A stretch of 64,000 bases of DNA, taken from IMG/VR virus record IMGVR_UViG_3300013120_000110, positions 14,710 through 78,709 of that record; one strand, 5' to 3'. Shown one piece after another: positions 17,471-26,500 of this stretch. The notes beneath the pieces were generated by a model that was not told the origin of the DNA, did no database searches, and worked only from the letters and a program-made list of their open reading frames with translations. The position numbers and the translations under genes are program-made. The stretch's first letter is position 1. The number at the start of each line of letters is the position of its first letter. This DNA comes from a virus.

Positions 17471-18037
17471 TTACGCTACCTTTTCTCCGTAAACCTCAAA
17501 CTTGCCGTTTTTTCCTAACCGCTTGGTCGCTTTCAGTCGATTACACTTTCGACAGGCAAGAACAATGTTGCTTATGGTGTGTTTACCGCCCTTAGCTCGT
17601 GGAACAACATGGTCAATCCCCGTTGGTTGATCCCATCGTGATGCAAGGCGAACCTTACAGCCGCAATAAACACACTTCTCCTTATCTCGACGGTAAATTG
17701 CGTGAAGCTGCTCCTTCGTCAAATCGCCCTCTCGCCACCACTCTCTCGTTCTGCGACTTCTTTCCCTGCTTCGGCGGCGGTATTCATCAGGATGTTCTAG
17801 TCGCATTTTCTTTTCCCATTGGCGCTGGGCCTGTGTTCCGCCAGGGTGTTTTCGGTACTGATTCCGCTTGAACTCCCGGTTGCATTTGGGACAAAGCCCT
17901 TTTGCGTTGCGAACACCAATAAAACCACATCGTCCACAATCGAAACGTGTTCCCGCTAGGGCCCTCATTTTTAGAGCATAACGGCGACGCGCCTCTTTAC
18001 GTTCATTGGTATTAGGGCGAATCCTTTTGGTACACAC
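17471..18037 (-). CDS. HNH endonuclease
   Basis: CVYCG...DHVVP..KGG.H...N...C..CN..K. Confidence 0.9.
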   Translation of the reverse strand: MCTKRIRPNTNERKEARRRYALKMRALAGTRFDCGRCGFIGVRNAKGLCPKCNREFKRNQYRKHPGGTQAQRQWEKKMRLEHPDEYRRRSRERSRRTREWWREGDLTKEQLHAIYRRDKEKCVYCGCKVRLASRWDQPTGIDHVVPRAKGGKHTISNIVLACRKCNRLKATKRLGKNGKFEVYGEKVA

Positions 18038-18045
18038 AAGCCTGG

Positions 18046-18312
18046 CTAGCCCTTTGTCCGCCGAGGATCAAGGCCGTAGGTTCGTTCTGACTGATACTCT
18101 CCGTCAGCCTTTCGGATTTTAACCTGGGTTAGTGCGCCGGTCAGTTCATGGGTATCTCGGGCAAGCTCACAGGCGTCGAAAACAGCATCACGCTTCGTCT
18201 CGAACAACATCCCTACACCTGCCAATGACTTCACTCCCTCTACGACGAACACCCAACACTTTTTCTTGTCGGGCCGCACACCCGGTTTAACATCAAACAC
18301 GATCCGCTTCAT
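18046..18312 (-). CDS. DUF2188-like protein
   Basis: TKRDAV..A.ELAR...QVKIRKADG.YQ.ERTYG.DP...KG. Confidence 0.7.
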   Translation of the reverse strand: MKRIVFDVKPGVRPDKKKCWVFVVEGVKSLAGVGMLFETKRDAVFDACELARDTHELTGALTQVKIRKADGEYQSERTYGLDPRRTKG

Positions 18313-18333
18313 TACTCGTACCTCCTGTTTGGT

Positions 18334-18867
18334 TCAGGCCACAACCTTAGCCCATGTTCTCCTATGTCGAATCTTGGAAATCGCCTGAGGATAGACGCCA
18401 TACTTCCTAGCCAGGGAGGCACTTGACGCGCCATTAGCGCACTTTCGCCGTATCTCTCGCACGTCATCTTCAGATAACGTATTCCGAGGACGACCCTTGC
18501 GCATCCCAGATTGAGCTACATCGGCCCCATTCTCTGCCTTGGTCCCCCACGCAAGGTTTCGGATATGGTTGTTCAGCTTGTCGCTGTCGAGGTGACGAGC
18601 CTCATAGCCTTTGAGCCTCGGGCCAACAAACGCTTCCAGCATTGCTCGATGCAACCTGACACGTCTGGTTCGTCCACTAGCATCTACTAGGTTGAGAGTA
18701 GGATAATCGTCTGACTGTATCTGCGGTTTCAATGGATGTAGGTTTACAACACCCTTCCGCTTGCTCCGTTCACTGTAGACAACACCATCTATCCTCGCGT
18801 GGTAGCCAGGAAAGCCCGGTACTGGCCGTATCTCAAAACCCTCATGTGTCATCGCTTGTACCTCCAT
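18334..18867 (-). CDS. NUMOD4-type HNH homing endonuclease with C-terminal HTH
   Basis: PVPGFPGY, LHR...AFVG, RHLD....N....NL.WGT..EN, LARKYGV. Confidence 0.9.
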   Translation of the reverse strand: MEVQAMTHEGFEIRPVPGFPGYHARIDGVVYSERSKRKGVVNLHPLKPQIQSDDYPTLNLVDASGRTRRVRLHRAMLEAFVGPRLKGYEARHLDSDKLNNHIRNLAWGTKAENGADVAQSGMRKGRPRNTLSEDDVREIRRKCANGASSASLARKYGVYPQAISKIRHRRTWAKVVA

Positions 18868-19418
18868 TTGCTCTTGTCAAACGTAATGACTGCCGTGTAA
18901 TGGGTTCCGTTCTTGCCCCGAGCCCTACCCCAGCCGATAGCATCATGCTTCCGGCAAGCCACGGCCCAATGGCCCCTTGAGTGTTTCCACGACCAAAACG
19001 CATCGGCCCACAATCGGTTGTCGTCGGCGTCACGCATCCAGGGCCAACTCTGCGCACAAATCTCGGCATATTGCCCCTGCCCTAATTGGTTTGCCAATCT
19101 CATCCACCGCCGTTCCCAAAGCTGGTGCCCTTGCTCCCGAAAGAACGCCATGTAATCGGCGTGCATTTGAGCAGCGCCCATCAAGACCTCATTTCGTGTT
19201 GAGCGAAAGAGCGGATACTTGTCCGCCATTTTGGCGTGCCACGTGCCCGGCTCTAGGGGGATCGGCCTCGGAGGCTCATAGCCCCAGGCGTAGTGGGCCA
19301 AGTACATCACAGCCATCGCTACAAACGCTCCAACCAGGAAGCAGCGGAGTACATCCCATGCCGTTACACGCTGTTCCTCGAATACAGGCTTACCAGTCTC
19401 GGGGTCGTATTTAATCAT
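18849..19418 (-). CDS. CAP (SCP/PR-1)-domain protein with N-terminal TM
   Basis: AAQMHADYMA, GH, AEICA, W..S.GH, IG.G. Confidence 0.75.
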   Translation of the reverse strand: MIKYDPETGKPVFEEQRVTAWDVLRCFLVGAFVAMAVMYLAHYAWGYEPPRPIPLEPGTWHAKMADKYPLFRSTRNEVLMGAAQMHADYMAFFREQGHQLWERRWMRLANQLGQGQYAEICAQSWPWMRDADDNRLWADAFWSWKHSRGHWAVACRKHDAIGWGRARGKNGTHYTAVITFDKSKWRYKR

Positions 19419-20095
19419 GTGGCTGCCGCTTTGGCCTTCCTTTTCTTAGGGGAGTGTACCTCTGCCACGATAGGACCCACCGCTTGCAAACTAACCTGAC
19501 ATCCCGTCAGACAATCGCCCATAAAAATAACGAACATATCGCGGTAGGCTGCGCTGCGGGCCAGGTCGCCCGGCTCTGTCAGCCGATCCGCTAGGTGGGG
19601 AACGGGGTCAACACCCCCAGCCCGATCCGCCCGGGCCACCGCCTGGGAGCAAAATGGGAGGCTCCCATTGGATGTGTCGCGGAGGTCCCACTTGGCGAAT
19701 AGCCGCGTCACAGGCAGGTGGAGCATCGCCGCTTTAATGAGGTTCCACCACCCATACGGCTTGCCTGTTATGTTAATCATGGCCTCAATCGCCTTCTGGA
19801 CGTTGTACGGGCGCTGTTGGATACGGCGGATCAAGATACCCCCCGGATGATTCGCCACCACCTGGGAGAAGTGGATCGCCCTCCCCCCCCTCCATTCCCT
19901 CGTTTCCAAAGCCATCAGCCGACGGTAACGGCCCCGCCCCCACCACGCGAGCTTACCAGCGTGTGAGGCGTTGTTTCGGCCCGATATGGTGATCGCTAGC
20001 GTGGCAAGTGAGTAGAGGGACTGATTCAAGACCAGGAAGGTGTCGCCGTCCTTGATCTTCTCACGCACGGAGTTGTACGGTACAGCTTCTTTCAC
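19415..20095 (-). CDS. permuted papain-like NlpC/P60 (YiiX/YebB-like) enzyme
   Basis: GD motif, SHAG (His), GKPY, FCSQAV (Cys), TPxDL-like EPGDL. Confidence 0.8.
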   Translation of the reverse strand: MKEAVPYNSVREKIKDGDTFLVLNQSLYSLATLAITISGRNNASHAGKLAWWGRGRYRRLMALETREWRGGRAIHFSQVVANHPGGILIRRIQQRPYNVQKAIEAMINITGKPYGWWNLIKAAMLHLPVTRLFAKWDLRDTSNGSLPFCSQAVARADRAGGVDPVPHLADRLTEPGDLARSAAYRDMFVIFMGDCLTGCQVSLQAVGPIVAEVHSPKKRKAKAAAT

Positions 20096-20430
20096 TTCTT
20101 CCCTCTCTTGCGGGGCTTGGCCTTGGGTTTAGCATTGCGACCCCCTTGACGGCTCGCCTTCTTTGGCGTAAGATGGTCCTCGATCAGCCCGTTGAGCTTG
20201 GTGATGGCCCTACAAATGCTCTCGATGCTCTCTGTTGTCGCGTCAGTCAATTCGTCGTGCGCAGACCAGAGGTTATCGAGATCATCTGAATGTTCCTTCA
20301 GTTTGGCTTTCACGTCTTTCATCGGATCATCGGGATCACTCGAAGGGTTCTTGGTTTTCCCCATTATCCTCACCATCAGGCTCCATTTATCCTTGAGCCT
20401 CATCAACAAGCGTGGTAAGCGAGAATACAT
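20092..20430 (-). CDS. coiled-coil hypothetical protein
   Basis: first ORF after the promoter; start uncertain. Confidence 0.5.
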   Translation of the reverse strand: MYSRLPRLLMRLKDKWSLMVRIMGKTKNPSSDPDDPMKDVKAKLKEHSDDLDNLWSAHDELTDATTESIESICRAITKLNGLIEDHLTPKKASRQGGRNAKPKAKPRKRGKK

Positions 20431-20476
20431 TTTTGATTGTCACCAGTGAAGGTTCGTGATTACTAGATCAAGGATC

Positions 20477-20531
20477 ATTATAGCAAGTCTCAAGAATCTG
20501 TCAAGGGGTAATCTGACCCAAAGTCAGATTA
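20477..20531 (-). promoter_or_regulatory. consensus promoter with upstream palindromic operator
   Basis: minus TTGACA (20499-20504), 16 bp, TATAAT (20477-20482); TAATCTGAC-N5-GTCAGATTA at 20509-20531. Confidence 0.8.
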
Positions 20532-20558
20532 TTTTCCAAAATGGCCCGTTAGGGGGGG

Positions 20559-23500
20559 TTATGGGAATATCTCCCGCACAAAGCCAGCCATCGTCCGAGC
20601 CCGCTCCTTCTCTTCTTGGTCCTTGGCTCGCGTGTTTGCGGTCATGGCGCCCCGCCGCATCACGCTCCGTAACTTCTTATCCACAGCCAAGTTAGCTGTC
20701 ACGGCGTCAGGTATCTCGCCCGAGAGGCCCATCGGCAGTTGCTTCAGGTTCATCAGGGCGTTTGCCGCCCACTCCGAATCTTCCGCCAGCCCGGCCCGGA
20801 ACTCCGCTTCGTACCCTGGCTCCTCTTTTTCTATTGCCAGCCGGATTTTCTTGGTCAGCGGCAGGTAGGATTTGTTGTACCACTCCTTGAGCAGCAGGTT
20901 TTCCAATAGCTCCCGATCTCCGGCATCAGCGGCATCCAGGTTGCTCTTGCGGTAGTGCTCCTTGGTCAAATACCGGGCCGAATCGGGCAGACCCAGCTTG
21001 AACCGGGCTGCCTCAGCCTTGTTCGCTTGAATCTCAGCCCAATCATCCTCAGTGAGCCCCCTGTTACTGACCCGCACGTAGCGGTTCCAGCCAACCGGGA
21101 GGTTGACGATCCGCTCGACCAGCGTTTCCTCACCGGCCTCGAAAGAGCGACCCCAGAGTGGAGCCGTGAGAATATGGGTAAGCTGTCCCGCTGAGCCGAA
21201 CTGGCCCTCAGTCCAGGCCATCATCTTCTTTGTGGATTGCCAGCCACCATGCTCCCACTCTGTCTTGGGGACTATATCAGCCCCATAGAAGTTATCTCTT
21301 GGGTTCCTACCGCAGAAGAACTCGGCCCATTTCTGCGCGATCAACAGTGGTGGGGATAGGTTAGGCACTAGGCCGTCATAAAGCGTGTCCGCAGCCTCCG
21401 CGAGTGCGCCTTGTGGGCTACCGGCCCGCGTCTCAACACCTCCCAGTTCGAGTGCGGCGTCAAGGAACGCGCTCCAAACCCCCGAGATTAGCTGGCCCAT
21501 CTCATCCTTCGGGATGGTAAAGAACACAGTCTTTAGACCAAGCGGGGTCTTAACCTGGCCGAGGGGCACCACGTCATAGTTGCGGAAGAAGTAGGTCCCG
21601 ATCCACCCCAGGATGGATTCCTGGTTACGCGCTTCTTCCTCCAGGTCATCACCACCACCAAAAATGCTGGCAAGGATGGCGTTTATACCCGTAGCGGGGG
21701 CCCCGTACTTAAACGCCTTGGAAATGGTAGTCGAGGCTATATCTGTCCAGAGGCGGCGGAACCACCACCCCGACCTTGTTCCAGACTTTCGGGCTAGCCG
21801 CAGATCGGCCACCAACCCCTGCCACCTCACGTTGCTATACATAAATAATGAATTGGTGATCGGAGTCCACAGGCCCCGCTCCTTAAAATTAGGGGTTCCG
21901 GCATACTCCCGAACCACAAAGGCTTTCTCGGGGTCGGAGATCAACTCAATCCCCAGCTTCTTGGCTGCCTCTTGGCGCTTGGTAATCATCTGCCAAGCGG
22001 ATACCTTACCTGCTGTTTCTTGCACGTTCCCCATCCACTCCATACCCCGCAGTACCTTACCGAGTATGGGCACCGAGCGCTTCTTGGCTGTCTCAAAAGT
22101 GCCGATTCCAAACCGGCGCATCAACCGCTGCGCCTCCCCCCCCCTCATGTGAGATTCAACCTCTACAAAGGGGATGGAGAGTGCGCGAGAGTGGAACATC
22201 TCATCAATCGTTGCATCATCAATCCCAGCCGCCCGACGGGCAGCCACGCTCTTTGCCTTCCAATAGGAGGATAAGACCTCCCCCAGTGTGATTACCTGCG
22301 CCCTGGAGTGTTTCCGTGCATCCTCTTTGGAGTAGCCCTTCTTGAGAAGCTCCCGCTCCATCTTACTCTCCCACTGTTCCGAGACGGCGCCCAGGTTGTA
22401 GTAGGTGCGCCTCAAGTCACGCATCGGGTTCGCTGCAAGGAAGCCGGGGTTCCAGGAGACGAATAGCCGATGGAAGACCCCATAAAGCGGGTTGGATAGG
22501 AGGCGTCCCACAAAAGCTATCCGCCCAATATCGAAAGACCTGAACCCATCGGCTATTTCTTCGGCCACTAAATAGGCTTTATGTTTGCCATCCTCTAGGA
22601 TAACAAGATAATCTTTCCCGTCTGGTGGTCGCCTTAAAAGTTGTGGGTTGCCGCGTGGGACAGGAACAGACTTAATGGATTCAGGCCAATGCTGGAGCAT
22701 GAACTCTCGGGTGGCGTTCTTTCCACGGTTTAGGTCAACCAACCGAACCAAGGACATCATTTTCATAACGGTGGAATCATAGACATTGGCCGTTGGCTTG
22801 AATGTCCCCACTTGTTCTTGAATCATCGGAGAAATGCGCGTTTCAAGGTACTGAACTACTGCAAAGGCAGCATAATTATCCTTATTCGGCACAATGACAT
22901 TCTCAAAAAGTTCTCTGCTATACACCCCGGCCTCTACAGCACTCTCCACAATCCCGAAGACTAGATCATGGAATCGCTGCATGTGATCTTCAAGTAAGTC
23001 AAACTTTCTATCCCCTAACTTTCTCCGCAGCGACTCCAGTTGTTCGGCAGCCGTTTCGGGCGTAAATCCATGTGGATATGCAACTATATTTCCTTCACGA
23101 TCCGTAATTCGGCGCAAATACAAGAACTCGCCGATGTCATCCCGTGTAATTCCTTCTTTGTAAAGAGGCTCCTGTACCTCCGCGTGCATCCGGCTCAGGA
23201 ACTCCGCCTGGGGGTTGTCTGTATAACTTAACTCACTCAGAGTGTAGTAGGCTGCCAGCGCCAACTTGTTTTCAGGGTCTTCATCTAGGGTTTTTTCAAT
23301 TAGATTGTAGAGTGGCATCTTAGAGCGTAAAAAGTACTGACTGAGAATATGCCGTATCTGAGCGAAGATATTGCGCTTTCGTTCTTCTTCCTCGGCTCGA
23401 ATGGCCTCAAGTTTCTCATCCCCCGCCAAGTGCCCGCCTCGTAAGGATGCCCGCCTCGCCACCGCCCTAGCATCTTCCGGCTGGTTAAGCACATCTTGAA

Positions 23501-26500
23501 TCTTCAGAAATGCGTCAAGGAACTCAGGCTTTTCATTAAGCCAAGCCTGGAAACCGCGATAAAACTCAGGGGCTCGCTGGGCCAACTCACCTGGAGCATT
23601 AAAGAAGACACTCAGCGCCTCGGCGTACAACTCCTTACCCTCCCGACGGTACTTGATGTAGCGTTGGGTAGATGTAGCCGGATCGTATGGTGTCCACCAC
23701 ATTGTGAGCTTGAGAAGTTCGTCTCGTATGTTCTCAGCCGTGAGTAGCATACGCTTCTCAATCTCATCCCGTAGCATTTCCTGATACTTCCGGTGAATCT
23801 GTTCGGCGGTGGCATCCTCTTCCACGACCTGCTTGATAGTGCGGCCCGTCTTCTCTCGGACCTCCCGTGTGAACTGTTGTAGCTCGTCCGCCACTACCCC
23901 TCGCATAGCTTCTTTCACAATAGACAGCTTCTCAACAGCGCTCAACTGCTTGATATAACGCAAGAGGTCTGGGTTGTGTACGCCACCTTCCACGCTATTC
24001 CAAATCGCCAGCACATCCTCGGGTGTAATCCCAAACCGCTGAACAATCTCTTCCTCAATCTCAATCTCCACACCCTTCTGCGAGAGGCGCTTGGCCTCCT
24101 TCTTGAGCCTGTTGCGTTCCTCTTCAGTCAAGGGCTGGGGCCCACCAGGATAGCCCGCTATCCACGCTTCCCCGAACTCGGCTAGTGAGGCTATCCGCCC
24201 AAGGATGTTGCCCCGATTCATTGACTTAATACCCAGCCAATCAACAAGGTGCCCAATCTCATGCGCTAGAACCTTGGCTAACAACCCTTCTTCACGCGCG
24301 GAGATAGCATTTATCACCATACGGGCAAAGGCTTTAGTGGGCTGGGGGTCAAAAAAGCCGAGGTAGGATTGCAGCTTCTTAACCTGTGGTACTTTACCAA
24401 GTAACTCCTTGATGAGCCGGATCAATTCCGGGCCGGGAAGAGGCTGCATACGCACACGCTCTACCTTCGGAGTGGTTTCATCCGGGGCTTGGTCGTAGGC
24501 GTCACGCGGCGCCTCGGGTCCTGGTTCTGGCTTGTAGTCGGGCGGGAACCCACCTACAGCACCCTCGGGTATCCGCTGCCCTTCAACTCCCCCCCCGCCA
24601 CCTGTACCGGGCGGGGCGGCGGTAGGCTCGGTGGGTGCGGGAGGCTGTACCCAGCGTATCCCGTTAATCGCTGCTTGAGCATCGGCCAGTTTGGACGGCA
24701 GCCCAGTCTTCTTTTCTTCGGCACCCCACTCTGTATCCTGACCTGTGACCGTGATGGGGTTGGCTTTGGCTGGCCCCGGCTTGGCCTTGGCGCCCTTCTT
24801 CGCTGTCGGGGGTGGTGGGATGGGCGGGCCAGGGCCCCAGACTGCGTTCAGGCCCTTGGCTGTTTTTTTGACAACAAAACCAGCTTGTTCGAGTTTCGTT
24901 TTAACAACATCCCGGGGGGCTTTCCGCTTGATCCCCATGTCTTCTAGGTTGACCCCAACCGTCATGCCTGGTTTCAGTTCGCCGGGGTGTAGCCCGAATA
25001 GCTCTGGAGCGAATGAGAACTTGTAGCCGTCTCGATAGACCAGGCGCAGGCCAAACACCTCATAGCGCTGGTCGGTTCCACCGTACCTGTCTGCAACTAC
25101 ACCATGTACCTCAAGCTCCCCTTCGTGAACCGTAAAGACAGGATCGTAGGCAAACTCTGCCACTTCCTCCGCGAGCCATGCTATAGTGTTTTTGGCCCGG
25201 GTCATGTTGCCAAGTAACGGGGCTGCAAAGTCACCCGAGTCTAGTATTATGTCCGCTTTGGTTGGTGTCGGCGCGGCGCCTGTGTGTGGGTATAGTAGCT
25301 TGCCTTCTGTACCTGCCCCCAGCTTATCGTCCACCCATTTCAAGCTACCATCTTCCCAAACATCAACCGCAACCCGAGCGCGTTTCGATGCTTCGGCGGG
25401 GAACTCTTTGGCGTTAGTCACGGGTGGCAGGTCTGCCCCTAACTCATCTAGTAACACCACGAGTTGTCTGAGCTTAGCGGGGACACCACTACGGGCAAAA
25501 TATTCATTTACCCCAATATGTATCAAGCTGTATCGCGGTATGTCATTTCCCTTGGCGTCCACCTTATGGTTTTTGGGATCACCGCCCTTCCAGTTCTCTC
25601 GGATTGCCCAAATCCCCCCAGGCAGCGGTTCATAAGACAACCATTTCTTTACGGTTCGAGTAAGCGGATTGCCTTCGGCATCATTTTTGCCGGTTGGAAC
25701 GCTAACCTCAAGCTCAACTTCCTCCTCCTTGCCCTTGATTTTTTTTGCCTTCTCATTTACGCTATCCCAGAAGCGATTCTCAGCAACCAGGGCCTTGCGA
25801 TGTTTTCGCTTTGCCTGAGCTTCCTCCTTTTCGCTTACCGCTCGCTTAGCCTTTTGTTTCTCGCGTTCTGCTTCTAGCTCTTTTTCGGCAACAGCTTTGG
25901 CAACGTCATTTACCTTTGTGGCCTCGGCAATAATCTCATCGCTACGCTGGAACCAATCTTTGTTGCGCCGAACAGCCTCTAGGCGTTTCTTAAACCCTGC
26001 CCGATCTTCGTCAGAGAGGGCCCTGAGATTTTGGAGGCGACTCAAATGGACCTGGGAGCGGGCTCCCATATACATTTCGGCGTTGCCTTTGATAGACGAG
26101 GCTAGTGTCTGAGTTTCGGACGGGTGGCCCCAGTCGAAATAGACGCGCTCGGCGGTACTGCGTAACTCATCCTCATTTAAGAGGTGGCCGTACTGTGCCT
26201 CCACTTGCTTAGCGATAATGTCCTGAAGGCGCTGAGAGTAGCGGGTTTGGTTGGCTGTGTGTTCGCGGGCCTTAGAATCGCTGGTTCCCTCACGAATGGC
26301 AAGGCGCCCCTCTCGCTCATACGCCCACGGCAGCCAATGAGCTTCCGTAGGTGCAGCCTCCATCTTGTCCTCTATAATCGCCAGGTCGAGCCTACGCTTA
26401 TAGGGTTCCTGTTCTTTTTCAATGTCCCTGATAGCGCGGTTCTTTTCCGTAATCTCCGCTTGGAGATTCCTGCGCTTCTTGTGGGCGTTGCGCCGTGTCT

